A stretch of 64,000 nucleotides of DNA, from NCBI RefSeq assembly GCF_006345805.1, contig NC_043000.1:160146001-160210000 (forward strand). The letters run 5' to 3'. Positions 42,071 to 57,251 of this stretch are shown in pieces. Every line of letters starts with the position of its first letter. Positions within the stretch are counted from its first letter, which is position 1. The DNA comes from Octopus sinensis. Lineage: Eukaryota. The notes below the pieces were generated by a model. The model did no database searches. It was not told where the DNA came from and saw only the letters and a list, made by a program, of their open reading frames with translations. The translations under genes were made by a program, and so were the position numbers.

Positions 42071-43844
42071 ATTTACCTACATATTTAGTATGCCATGTTT
42101 TCGGACTTTTAGTGGTTGATTAAATTAATTGTCCCAATTTCCCAGAAGTTGTAATGTCTAAGCACTTCTTAACTTTGGCCTGACGTCTTTCTGTTGCCAG
42201 TTAAATTCTTCAACTAAGATTTCATTATAGTATACAAAGATTATATTTCACACTAAATCATTGTACATAAGAATATACAAAGGGAAAATAATTGTATATA
42301 CCTTTCTCTAAATATCTTGCACATATTTTTTTTATAATTGAGAAGTAATCGTACACTTTATGTTCTAAGGCCAGTAAAGATTTACAAGTAAATTTCAACT
42401 GTACAACATCCAATAATCTAGACTTTTGGCATATTATAAAATCTATAGTGTGACGCTTTCTTAGCGGAAAAAGAATGTGTCGATGACACTTCTTTTAATA
42501 TTTCTGTGTCAGAAAGAAAGAAACAAAAGTATTTTCAGACTGGAGATTTTGTCTCAGTTCATGTAATAGCCCTATTTTGGACAGAAATATGTTATTTATT
42601 ACTGAGTATTAACCTTGTAACATTCTAACATTCAAGCGTTTTTGACTCATTTCATTGACAGTATAATTGAAGAGATTCCAAAAGAAGATTGAAAAAAACT
42701 GTGACATGATTGGCTCAAATTATAGCGTTATGTTACTAGCAGTACAATGCAACGTCGCGAAAATGTGTCAGGTAGCGTAATGTATATTATGGTACCTATA
42801 ATATTTTCTAGAAGACAAAGTCAATATTAAGTTATTTCTTCAGTTTGTAACATAATGTAATATTTCCTTTTATTTTATTTGAATTGCGCATTTTCTAGAA
42901 ATCTAGTCTAGTTTACTGGTATAAATGAATTGTCGGATCATCGTTGAATATGTTCCATCAATAGTATAGTTTCTCACGATATCGAAGTGGTATCATGTAA
43001 CCGTTAAAATGCGGTAGATTGTTATTAATGCCTTAATAAATTGTCATTTTATATGTGTTTTATTGAAAACAGAAATAAAGTTTATAATACATTCCTATCA
43101 TAACTAAATTGGCATCTAAATATATTACTAATAACATTTAGGTTGTCGATGCAAGCGAAACTAATGTCTTGTTTTATCTTAATTCGATATTATTTCGACG
43201 ATCACACTCAAGAATAAATATTCAATGGATTTGGGGAACATTTGCGACTAGAATTATCCATTAACGCATTAATAATTCTATTGATTGCTACAGAGAGTTT
43301 ATCTAATTTAATGTTTATCAAATGATGCTAATATGTTATATATGGTTAGTTCCGGTGTCAGAGAAAGCGCAGCGGTAGGCTTAAGCTTTGTCAGTTTCAC
43401 GATTATAAGAAGCAAGATGCAAATTAATACATCTGCTACCGGGTTTCGGAACAATCAGGTTCACCACCACCTTGAGTTTCTCACTCTCTCACTTTCAATG
43501 ACCATAAGAATGGTTTCCAAGCAACTACATCAATGTGAGATTTACTTAGCTACATTACGTGATCTTCTACAATTATAAAGGGCAAGGAACATAACATTGT
43601 TGACCATACCAAATGTAAAGCTCTGTGCGTGGTTGTCACAAAGATATCCGAATGTATATCAGAGGATAACCCCCCAACAGAGGAAATATATGAGGCAACA
43701 TCCAATCATTATGACTTCTAGTTTCCTTTCGCATCTTTTTTATTGTTGTATGGTACACAGACAAGAATCATCTTCCAATGAAGGATCTCCTGCAAGTTCA
43801 TCAATTACAGGCCCCTGGATGATTTTAGGCTCGGTATTGGATTG

Positions 43845-43981
43845 TCGATTTAATACGAGGATTTAATACGGGGCTTAAACCCACTGCGTGGCAACTTGGA
43901 CAAGTGTCTACTGCCTCAGACTGGAGCCAACCGAAGCTTCGTGAGTGGATTTGGTAGACGGAAACTGAAATAAGCATGTCG

Positions 43982-44047
<66 letters not shown>

Positions 44048-44275
44048 TAGGTGCCTATGTGTGGGTATTTTTGTGGTTGTATTTGTCACGCATCAGCACT
44101 TGACAACCGGTGTTGGTGTGTTCACGTCCCCTCATCTTTACGATTCTACGAAGTACACAGTTAGGATAATTACCGAGTTTTAAACAAGATGTGGTGGAGT
44201 CAATTCGTTCGACTAAGAATCCTTCAAATTAGTAGCCCAGCATTCCCGCAGTTAAAATAACTGAAACAAGTGAAA
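43845..44275 (+). mobile_element. SINE family B, diverged, with internal (CA)n
   Basis: cccactgcgtggcaacttggacaagtgtc core; cagttaaaataactgaaacaag tail. Confidence 0.8.
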
Positions 44276-44619
44276 GATATATATGTATATATATATATAA
44301 TACAATGAGGAAATAGAGAGGTAATTAATAAATTATTAGTTATTAATTACCTGTCTATTTTCTAATCTTTTTACAATAAATAAATATATATAAACCACGG
44401 TTTATATAGTTACCTTGCAGTTGAGTATTAACTGTAATGCTCAACATTCTTTTCTTTGTATTGGTAATTAACCCTGTTCTTTCATAGGATTTTGCTATCC
44501 CTGAATGAGGTATGTAACCTATATATATATATATATATATATATTAGGTAATGAAAAATCAAAGAGATGAACTCTTTTCAAGAAGCAACACCGTTGGGCT
44601 CTATTTATTGAGCGATTAG

Positions 44620-45004
44620 ACTAAAATATTAATTAGAAAGAGATTAATTTGAAGGGAGATAATACTCCTCATCAAAGCCAGTATGTATCTAAACACAGAG
44701 GGTATATATAAGCCCTTATAAATAAGCGAACATATAACATATAAAAACATATGCATACATATAGTGTAATTCCGTGCCCAAGTCAAAGTCGGATGAAGAA
44801 TTTTGTTAAATACATATACACAAATCATCTCTCTTTGATTTGGGCACATAATTACACTATAATATGTATATATATGTATGTATATGCTATATGTTCGCAT
44901 ATATATATTGGCTTGTATATACCCTCTGCGTTCAGATGCATTATGGCTTTGATGAGGAGTATTATCTACCTTGAAATATGTCTCTTTCTACGTAATAATT
45001 TAGT
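44620..45004. mobile_element. Foldback/MITE-like element with arms of about 170 bp
   Basis: 44620-44788 pairs with 44833-45004 (e.g. agataatactcctcatcaaagcca with tggctttgatgaggagtattatct). Confidence 0.85.
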
Positions 45005-45033
45005 GTATATATATATATATAATATAGATGCAT

Positions 45034-45079
<46 letters not shown>

Positions 45080-45732
45080 ACACACACACAGAAACACACA
45101 CTCACACACACAAACATATGCAGCGAGAGGTCGAGAGTAGGAGAGAGAAACGAAGAGAGGAAGTTATGGGGGGGTTATTTCATCAATATTTATATCCGAT
45201 CTTGTAAATAAATAACGAAGTAAGAGATGTAACTGAAATTAAGTCTTTACAACAGAACATCTGGGATTCGGTTCATCAATAGTTAATCTATAGAACTAGC
45301 CACAATTTCGTATATTCTGCGTTTGAAACTTGTATTCGGTGCCAATATATTCATGAAAATTTCATTGCGAAAATTTTTCATTATTGAAATGCAAACTTCG
45401 TCTGATTATATTTCTGTGAACATTTTCCTCAATTACATTCCCTTTATATATTTTTATCTCTTGTTTTCTGTGCGGACAAGGAGCGATTTTGTACTGTCGT
45501 TACTTATCGTAGCGAGCATAATTTCTATGTTATGAAATATCTCCATCAGTTTTAGAGTCAAACATCTCAGATATATTATTTTGACCTCATAGAACAATAC
45601 GATTTCGTGAAGTAGCAAAAGAACTATCTGCTCGGTTTGCTTTTAGATTTTACTGCATAATTCTTCATGTGAACTCCTGTGTTGAAACAGAATTTCACTC
45701 TCCTTATATTATCATTTTATCAGTAGTAATCA

Positions 45733-45945
45733 AGGCAATGTGTTGCCAGAATCGTTAGCACGCAGGGCGAAATACGTAGCGGTTTTTGTCCGTCTTTACG
45801 TTCTGAATTCAATATTCGTCGAGGTTGATTTCACCTTTCATACTTTCGGATTCGATAAAATAAGTACCAGCTGAGTACCGCAGTCGATGTAATCGACAAA
45901 CCCCACTCCCTAAAATTTTAGGCCTTGTGCTTATAGAAAAAAAAA
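45733..45945 (+). mobile_element. SINE family A
   Basis: ccagaatcgttagcacgcagggcgaaa head and family body. Confidence 0.88.
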
Positions 45946-46269
45946 TGTAGTATGTCAGTAATAATCATATATATTTAATTTATCAGTGTAAAACGAACCT
46001 TCAAAATTATTACTTTTCCGATATCCAATACATTTCCAATGTGAAGTTTCACAAGTTTTGCTTTGGATAACTGATTATTAGATATTTATATGATGAGTTT
46101 GACAGTTAATACCAGACAAAATGATGAAATAAAGAGGGAGCGAAAAGTAGATGAGAAAGTTGTGATATTTGAGTTTTAGTTGAGGTGGGAGAGTATACAC
46201 AAACAAACACATATTTACTTCAGAAATATAATCAGACGTGGACGGTTGGCGAATTTAATTTTTCTATCT

Positions 46270-46440
46270 TCTCTGAGCTTTCTCCCTTCTCCTTTCCGAT
46301 GAAGAGCCACGCTACAAATGTTAAAACTCACCCCTTTCACCGGGCGTCAAACTAATATAATCCTTGTTCTCCTCCTCACATTCAGTTTTATCACTTTGCT
46401 TTTATTCGTTTTTTTAATTGTTTGTTCGCTGAATTGACTG
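46270..46440 (+). mobile_element. Decayed hammerhead-bearing short element
   Basis: cttt-CCGAUGA-A-GAGC-cac-GCUA-CAAAUGUU-aaaa, then ccgggcgtcaaactaatata shared with 57252-57344. Confidence 0.6.
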
Positions 46441-46517
<77 letters not shown>

Positions 46518-46615
46518 ATATATTTATTTATATATATATATATATTATTTATTTTATTTTATTTTATTTTATTTTATTTTATCTAGTTTCAGCTCACGAG
46601 CTGTGGCCATATCAA

Positions 46616-46668
<53 letters not shown>

Positions 46669-46702
46669 ATCATATCAAATATAAGTATATATATATAGAT
46701 AT

Positions 46703-46755
<53 letters not shown>

Positions 46756-46777
46756 TAATATATATATAATATATATA

Positions 46778-46819
<42 letters not shown>

Positions 46820-46885
46820 CATATCAATATATATATATATATATATATATCATATCAAATATATATATATATATAATCATATCAA
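46440..46885. repeat. Long degenerate (TA)n with a recurring atatcaa motif
   Basis: Direct reading. Confidence 0.9.
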
Positions 46886-47034
46886 GGGAAATGGAAATTA
46901 ATTAAAATTTACATTTTCAGTGGTCTAACGTGTAACTATTTAGTCCAAAAGACTATGTATTAGTCATAAGATACAGCGTACATATAAACATATGAGGAAT
47001 CTCACTCTTGGGATTCAACACGCTAGAAAGAACA

Positions 47035-48190
47035 GCTAGGTTCTCTAACCACAAAATTAGGGATAAAATTCGACAGTCCCACTGCATGGTACCTTGGGTA
47101 TGTATATATTCCACTATAGCTTCGGTCCGACCAAAGCCTTCTGAGTCAATTTGGTAGACGGAAACTAGAAGAAGCTTGCCCTGTAAATATATATATATAT
47201 ATATTATTATTACTTATTATTACTCTCAAAGAGAGATATTCAGTGACAGTTCTTTAAAGTAAAGGCTATTTCCCAGCATAATGTGGTGCCCAGGAAGGGA
47301 CGATTGTCACTGACGTTTAGCCCCAAGAAGCATCGTTTTCAGCTGGGTATACGACACAATATCTGTGACCTTATATTTTCGATCAGGGAGTCCAACACAA
47401 GACACCATGTGTGGACCGGTTTCTGGTTTATTGCTCGTTATCAACACAGACTATCTGCTTGGTTAGGTGGCGTTAATGAATTCACCGTTCGAAAATATAT
47501 ACTTTTTCAAAGTGACACACATCACTGATCGAAATAAATAGAAACATTATTATTTCTAAATCTCTAAAAACGAGACGGCTTTCACTTTAAAGAACTGTTA
47601 CTCTTTGAGAGATTTAGAAATAACAATGTCTCTATTTATTTAAATCAGTGACTGTGTGTCACTTTGAAAACTATATATTTTTGAACGGTAACTTCAGCAA
47701 CGCAACCTAACCAGGCAGCTGTGTTAATGAAAAACCGATCCGCTGATGTTGTCTTGCGCTGGATGGAAGTGGTGGACTCCATGTTCGAAAATATAAGGAC
47801 ACATGTATTGTACCGTATAGCCAGCTGGAAACAATGTATCCCGGGGCTAAACAACAGTAATAATCGTCCCCTCCAGGACAGCCAGATTATGTTGACAAAT
47901 AGCCATTACTTTATGTGTATGTGTGTATGTGTGTGTGTGTGTGTGTGTGTGCGTGTGTGTATATGTGTGTATCTGTATTAGTCTCCCCGCCATTGTTTAA
48001 CGACTGATGCTGGTGTGTTTATGTCCCCGTAACTTAGCGGTTTGGGCTCAGAAATCCAAAGAATAAGTACCAGGCTTCTAGAGAATAAGCCCTGTGGTCG
48101 ATTTCTTCGACTAACCACCCTTTAATGTGGTGCTCAGCATGGCCGCAGTCAAATCAATGAAGAAAGTAAAAGAATAAAAGAATAAAAATA
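47035..48190 (+). mobile_element. SINE family B split by a foldback element
   Basis: Head 47035-47180, tail 47976-48190. Confidence 0.8.
47222..47912. mobile_element. Foldback element, arms of about 305-310 bp with a 42-bp spacer
   Basis: 47256-47565 is the imperfect reverse complement of 47608-47912. Confidence 0.9.
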
Positions 48191-48431
48191 CTTTTCAGCA
48201 ACAACCGACAATGTATGATTGTATCCCACACCACGACAACATCCAGCTGTTGTGGAAAATATTCAACTATTGAATAACTATAACGAATGCACTTATTTAA
48301 TAGTATCTGAATATATACTCAGCTATTCAAAACTCGTCTACAGTGCAAATGTGTTCTATTACAGCCTGATAACTTCCATACTAATGTTATATATATATAT
48401 ATATTATATATATATATATATATATAATACA

Positions 48432-48796
48432 TATGGTGCTTGTATATTCTTTATGCAAAGATGACTACCTCCTGTACCTATACCTTAACAACATTGTGGC
48501 GTCTGATGTGGCTTTTTAAACTGGTCAATGTTCTGAAAAGCCACCCACATACATTGCACATCCGATTTGGACGACAAAGAGCTGCAGTTAACTTTTGATA
48601 TGTGTCAGGTCGCTCTTGAGCCCTACTGGTAACATGTAATCCAGTACAACCAGTCGCATGGTCGGGTCGTCGGAGACTAAACTGGCAATCCAACCAGTCT
48701 TGCTTGGTGAGGAGGGTGTTGTTGGACACCCTGCGGAATGAAAAAATAAGACACCTCAAAGGGTGGACGAACTCCTGAGCGGTCAACGGCCATTCA

Positions 48797-48797
<1 letters not shown>
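48432..48797 (-). mobile_element. Probable RTE-type LINE 3' fragment
   Basis: C-terminal C2H2-like CNVCGWLFRTLTSLKSHIRRH; (TA)n on both sides. Based on one motif. Confidence 0.55.
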
Positions 48798-48840
<43 letters not shown>

Positions 48841-48878
48841 CAATATATACATACATACATAGTATATGTATATATGTA

Positions 48879-50223
<1,345 letters not shown>

Positions 50224-50263
50224 TATATACATACATACACACATACATACATACATACATACA

Positions 50264-50447
50264 TTAACCACTACACACATTTTTTTCTCTCCTTGTTTCT
50301 CTCCTTGTTTTTTTCTGTGTCCCCTTCTGTAGAAGAGCGTAGGCTCGAAACGTAAAATACTTTTTCTATTCCTGGGCCTTATACTAATACATCTGTTTGT
50401 TTTGTACACCACCTGTCTTCGTCTTTTGTTTTTTTCGTAAACTCTCC

Positions 50448-50448
<1 letters not shown>
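50264..50448 (+). mobile_element. Short ORF-less element carrying a variant minimal hammerhead (Penelope terminal-repeat/retrozyme-like)
   Basis: CUGUAGA-A-GAGC-guag-GCUC-GAAAC-GUA at 50327-50354; homologous to 21609-21670 and 59481-59575. Confidence 0.75.
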
Positions 50449-50508
<60 letters not shown>

Positions 50509-50616
50509 TTAAAGAAAAACCACTATTAAACAATTCCATATAGAAAATATATACTATAAAAAGAACTTTATCTCCAAAATCTACAAATTACAATAAATAG
50601 TAAATAGTAGTAAAAT

Positions 50617-50750
50617 GACTACGCACGTTTCATGGCTATATTTTCAAATACATAATAATAATAAAATAAATTCGATTCAAAATTAAATCGAACTATAGTT
50701 GAATCGAACTAAAATTAATTCTATTTAAAAATATAGTCACTCATCAGGTC
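50617..50750 (-). ncRNA. Type I hammerhead candidate with very long stem II
   Basis: GAC-CUGAUGA-[18/19-bp stem plus inner 12-bp stem]-GAAAC-GUGC-GUA^-GUC. Confidence 0.7.
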
Positions 50751-50994
50751 GACGGTAATAAATAATAAAAAATAATAATAGAATAAATTTACTTATCTTA
50801 ACTTAGACTGATTATCAAATAAATAAATAATTCTGCCATGAAGGAGATATTGTTCACTAATAATAATAAAAATTTGGTTATTTCCCTACAGGAAAGAAAA
50901 ATAAATGTAGACATAAATTAAATTACTTATATAAGTTTAGCTAATTTGTGTGTATATAAAAACCCTGTTACTAATTGTTGTAGAGAGAAAAGAG

Positions 50995-50996
50995 AG

Positions 50997-51077
<81 letters not shown>
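50995..51077. repeat. (GA)n microsatellite
   Basis: Direct reading. Confidence 0.97.
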
Positions 51078-51080
<3 letters not shown>

Positions 51081-51845
51081 GGTAATGCTTTAGAGCTGAG
51101 GATATCGGTACTGTTTCAGTTCACGCAGATGTTGCTGCTGTTTTTAATAATTAATTAATATTTGATGGTGAACTATGTTTGTGCACTGAATATTTAAATG
51201 AAATTCCCTAAGATTATATGCATGCGCTTCAATGAAACTAAATTTTAGTCGACCAATGTTGCTCATCACTGTTATGACGACCAACAAACATCGAATAAAC
51301 ATTATTCCCACCTCCACCACAACCAATATCTTTCTTCATATTTTTTATGATGTCTTTCATCAAAACAGTGCGACAACTTCGCGTGACTGTGCAACTCAGA
51401 CTGGATAATCCAACCATAAAAAGAAACGGGTGGGTAGTCTCAGATTATGAGACACAGACACACAACAAGGCAAGCACCTCTAAAGCACCGTTGGCGATAA
51501 GATAATAGCTATCATATTTAAGTATTTTACAAAGGAAATACATTTGTTCTTCGACGATGGGACTGGTAACTTTTAATATCCTTTATTAAGAATATTTCTT
51601 AATTCTTTCTCTCTTAAGATGAAATAGTAGCATTATATGAAAATCTTTGCTCAACGCCCTACCCACCTTATGCATAACTATTCTAGATATAGCTGTAAGA
51701 GTTTTATGCATTATTTCTTAATTCCATTTTAGTAACAACTCTGCAATTAAGTTTGAATTAAAAATTACCCGCTCTAAAATATGAAATGTTTTGTCCTTTT
51801 ACTTATATACCTATATAGATATATCTATTATAAATATATACATAT

Positions 51846-51882
<37 letters not shown>

Positions 51883-52559
51883 CATACATGCATTTATGCA
51901 TACGTACATACATACGGACAGACAGATAAACACGTATATATTCCCTCGTTACTGCCCCTATAGACCATAATCCCTGCAAATGTTCGATTCCTTTATCCTA
52001 AAATTTTAACTGGACAAATTGGCCTATTCTTTCTAGCTAGCATTTCTACCTCTTCTCTATTTAGCCGGACTCATCTACACTCTTAACAGCTTTTCATTCA
52101 CACGAGATTAATACCAGGATCTTTTGTGGGCAACTGTGAGGCATAATATACTAACCGTAATATATAACGCGGCCTTAATTTACTTAATAAACCAAATATA
52201 TAACCGGACCTAAGTATGACATTCTGTTCACTGATTACTTTGAATATCACACTTTCACGCAGTTCGTCAGCCAAAGTCTTTTCGGTTTTTACATAGCCGA
52301 CTGTATAGGTGCCACCGACCTATCACGCCTATTATGAAACAGCACCATCTCTCTCACGAAGTCGTTTCACACTTCTTTATGATAGAGCGTCCTCTATGTA
52401 TCTGACATCACGGTTACTTTCATACCTCTTTGATGGCCTCAATAACACTCGATCACCTTCACCACGTACTCCTTTATAAACCCGCCGACACATAACCATT
52501 TTATGCATTTGTGTATATGTTTGTGTGCTTCAGTATATGACGAGTCTCTGTATGCCATC

Positions 52560-52690
52560 GTATGTATGTACGTATGTATGTATGTATGTATGTATGTATG
52601 TATGTATGTATGTATGTATGTATGTATGTATGTATGTGTGTATGTGTGTATGTATGTATTTATATATGCATATATGCGTGTTTTTCTGAG

Positions 52691-52772
<82 letters not shown>

Positions 52773-52880
52773 AAGACACGCGCGTGCACGCACACACACA
52801 TATATATATATATACATACACATACCACACATGTAAAGATATATATATATATCTATATATATACATACATACATACATAG
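52560..52880. repeat. (TATG)n/(TA)n compound array
   Basis: Direct reading. Confidence 0.95.
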
Positions 52881-54177
52881 ATATGTATATAAATATATTT
52901 TCATATGTTTGTGTGCGTGCATGTGCATTGTATGAATGTGTCTACGTGTATATGTGTATGTGTGACCGTGTGCGTGTGTTTTTCCGCGTGTGTGTCTGTC
53001 TGTAGATGAATATCACTGACTGCGTGAAAATCGACAAATCATTTATTGGATGAAGTAATTAAGCTGATGTTTCCCTATTAACTTGTACATAGAATGGCAG
53101 ATAACAACACAGCTTCTCTTCGCTGACAATAACCGGTTATGAGAGGTTACAATGTTGAACATGCGCAATTACACAACGCAATTTCACACCCATACGCGTG
53201 CGCATACACCCACACATACACAGCAGCTACATATCTGCGTATATGTCTGTTTATCTGCTTCTCTCTTCATTACTTTCTCATTATGAATGTTTGTGTTTGT
53301 GTATACACGCACACGTACACATATGTATATACAATATACATATTAAGGTAGCCATACATGTATATGTATCTCTCTTTCTCTCCTTCTCTCTCTCTCTTTC
53401 TCTTTTTCTCTCCCTCTTTCTCTCTCTCTCTCTCTCTCTTTATATATATATATACAGATAGATAGATAGATACATACATACATACATACATACATACATA
53501 CATACATACATACATAGAAAGATAGATAGATAGATATAAATATATATATTATGTGCGTATGAATTTGCCTCCGCTTGATCTGTGGGTGACGGTGTCTCTT
53601 CCCTCTGAATACCTTCATAAAATCCATTTCTCTAGTACATACCTCTGTCTTCCTCAATCTTTATCTATACATCTCTCCCACTTTTCCAAGAGTATCTACC
53701 CCTTATCGTTTCTCTTTCTCTCTCCCCAATTCTTGCTTATTGTTGACTCTCCGCCGTTTCATTTGCATACTTCAGCTTTTCCACTCCCACCCAGTCACTC
53801 TTTCTCTCTCATTCCTTCCCTCTCTATCATCATCTCTTAACTCCAGTCGATCTTCTCCAGTGTATCTCGCCTTATCAGCTCTCCCTTTGCCATCTATTAT
53901 GTATAACGTCCATTCATTTCCGGTATTTGTCTCTGTGCCCTCCTCAAATTTGTGGTTCTTTCTTATTCTCCAATTTCTCTTCGTCACCTTCGCCCCCCTC
54001 TATAACTCTATCACTAACTCACGCAAACATACCAAGATGCAAGCAAACACATATACATTGTTGATAAGCAAATACATCCGTCTGCTTCACATATTAATAC
54101 ACTCACACACACACTCAAACATGAACACAAACGCACACACAAACACACTAGCAAACTCACACTCTTTCCACCTCTAT

Positions 54178-54215
<38 letters not shown>

Positions 54216-54825
54216 CTTGCTCTCTTTCTCTATGATTCATGCAAACTGTATAACTTGACCATACATATGTACACACACACACTCACACGCGCATATAACC
54301 TTGGAAATCTTAAACGGCTGCACTCTCATGAAGACTTTGAAAATATTCAGCATAACATAAATACATCCCTTTCATACATTCCAATGAATATGGGTGTAGA
54401 CGTTCAAACACATCAAACAAGCTCAACTAGTGACCGTCTAATTTGGACACATTTGTTATTTTCTCTCTCTTTTTTCTGTGTTTTCTCTCTCTCTCTCTTC
54501 TCCTTTCCTCACTGATTCTTTCCTCAAGGTGCGTATCCTCAAAACGGTAAAGTCTTCTTCCAATTGTTCTGCGCACCAAACTAATGCACTCTGCTTGTTT
54601 GAGTTTTTTTTCTTTTTACATCCCATTCATGTGTCCCTGTTTTTTTATATTTTTGGACCACACGTGCATATAGACTGATTATAAACAGACAAACGTATCT
54701 CTGTTCTATTTTTAATTATTTAACATCTGAAAAAAACGAACACACAGAGAGCTCTGTCTCTTTGTGTAATATATTATATCACATTATACATACATACATG
54801 CGTACATTCATCCATATATGTATAC

Positions 54826-54985
54826 ATATCATCAGCATCATCATCATTTAACGTCCGTTGTCCATGCTGGCATGGGTTGGAGGGTTTGATCAGGGCTGGT
54901 AAGCTAGAAGGCGACATCAGAATCCAGTCTGATTTCGAATGTTATTCTACGGCTGGATGCCCTTCTTAACGCCAACCTGTTCTCA
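54826..54985 (-). mobile_element. 3' fragment of an RTE-related SINE-like element with (ATG)n tail
   Basis: Minus strand ggttggcgttaagaagggcatccagccgtagaa resembles the RTE-derived segment of bipartite SINEs (recalled, not searched). Confidence 0.6.
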
Positions 54986-56004
54986 CACAGGTATAATGCA
55001 ATCTGCTTTCACTCTGAAAGGCCCTGACTTTTGCCCGGCCTAATAGTATTTTCACAACTACGCTCTCGGAGCATCCACCTCCACTACTAACTTGGTCACC
55101 TTGATAATGAGAGCTATCCACTACCTCTAGCTTGCCTCCTGTGCGCGTGTGGTTCTGCGTTTGTGTACGTGTGTGTGTGCGTATGTTTGCTTGCTGCTGA
55201 TACATTCGCAAGGTCATATAAATATACAAAGGAACCAAACTAGAAAGCATACTCATGCATAGGCGCACACGAGGCGCACCTTGACTTACCTACAACCATA
55301 GAAGTACACCCATACACACACATGCATACTTTTATACACATAGAAAAACAGATACCACATTTTCATAAGTACACATACTCATATACACACACATATATAC
55401 ATGTGGGTCTATGTTTGTGCGTAGAGAAATGAATTGCATATGTGAACACATACATTCAATATCAGAAAATATTTTAAAATCCCTACACAGATTCAGAGAG
55501 ATTATCGTATACCTTTACAAACAGATATACAGGTAAAATTACGATATGAACTGTGTGCTTCAATGTGATAGGTACGCACGCACTCATAAACATCGGCCCA
55601 TTAAACATATTCATAAACACACACATATATGCACCAGTTGTTACCATTGACCAATAACATTCACTATAACATTTTCTATTGCATATTATCATACTATCAC
55701 TCTAAATCTCCATTTACAGATATCCGATTTTACATCGATTCTTTCGCATACAAACGCACACGCATACATATTCAGATTCACGCACACAACGTAATGTACG
55801 TAGAGATAATTACACAGAATTTCCTATCACCACAAAATCCAATAAGTGCGTATGTGAGTGGTATTAGTTAAGAGGTACACTTTGCAACCACAGGTTTCAG
55901 CGTTCAGTCTCATCCTATGGTACTTAACGCAAGCGTCTTCTACCGAAGTTGTTTCACAATCAATGCATCACACCCCACTGAGTGATGTAGGTTGAAGGTA
56001 ACTG

Positions 56005-56037
<33 letters not shown>

Positions 56038-56892
56038 GACTAGACTGCCCGTGACCCGTTGTGTTACCAAGCAACTCTAAGTTTCCCAACAACGGAGTTT
56101 TGTTTCTAGGGTGTTTTTTTCCTCTCTAGGTTATTTCGTATGATTTCAACGAATGTGATATCGAAACGGCTCCCCAGAAAAGAAAGATTTGGCTGCTATT
56201 TATCGCACACTATGCTACCACGTAACAAGTATTTCCAGTCGTTTAATAGCTGTTAGGGTGTGCTAGGAATAACAGCCAAATATTTGTAGGTGAGATACGT
56301 TGAAAGCATCGGAAAAAACCTATAAAAAATATTTCACACCGATGTTACAAACGGGTCTTTCATGAAAGAACTACCGTATTTTCAAAGACATTTTCACTTT
56401 AAAATATTTTTTAAATATGCCAAAAATGTTTTTACTATGGTATTCACTTGAATATAATTTAAAGGAAACCTTTAATATATTGCCTGTGTAAAGAAGGCTA
56501 AAATATAAATATTTAGTGTACAAATAGCTTACATTTTTGAAATCATATTGACTTAAAAATATTTCTAAGTGATTAAAATATTGTGTTTTACAAAAGCAAA
56601 AATAGAAACATTTACTGTAAAAAAATTCGTATTTCTCGATGTCAAGTCACTGTTTAATAGAAACTTATATGTATACATACATATTAATAAATATAAGGGT
56701 AGCAAAAAATTCTCCGCTACTAGCGGTCAAGCGAGAAAGAAAATATAGTCAAAGACTATATAATATACATTCAAAAATATAAGGAATGGCCATAACAGGA
56801 CATTCGACTCACTAGAAAGAGCAGCCAAACTCAAACCGCTAATAGTTATAATTCTGAAATTGAAAGAGAAATAAAACCGTTTACCCTTTTGT

Positions 56893-56984
<92 letters not shown>

Positions 56985-57040
56985 CATACATACATACATA
57001 CATACATACATAAATACATACATATACATACATACATACA

Positions 57041-57212
57041 TTCCGTCTTCCCTTCTTTGGATCTTTCCTTTTCCTATGTTTCTGACGAAGAGCTCCGCTC
57101 GAAACGTTAAACGCTCCTTCTTTCCTTCTTTCCTGAGCGTCCACTAATACTATATTTGTTCCACGTCCTCACGTTGTTGTGTTTTTTTGTGGTTTCATGT
57201 TTGGATTAACTA
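57041..57212 (+). mobile_element. Short ORF-less element with an intact minimal hammerhead
   Basis: Pyrimidine leader, hammerhead, cctgagcgtccactaata, T-rich tail, microsatellite flanks. Confidence 0.8.
57077..57113 (+). ncRNA. Minimal type I hammerhead ribozyme candidate
   Basis: GUUU-CUGACGA-A-GAGC-ucc-GCUC-GAAAC-GUU^-AAAC; predicted cut after 57108. Confidence 0.8.
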
Positions 57213-57251
57213 AATATATATATATATAGTTTCAAATATATATATATATAT

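Noticed and set aside
52236-52278. Minus-strand CUGACGA...GAAA hammerhead-like match
   Set aside because: Stem III and the NUH site cannot be placed without insertions; the surroundings look like decayed coding sequence.
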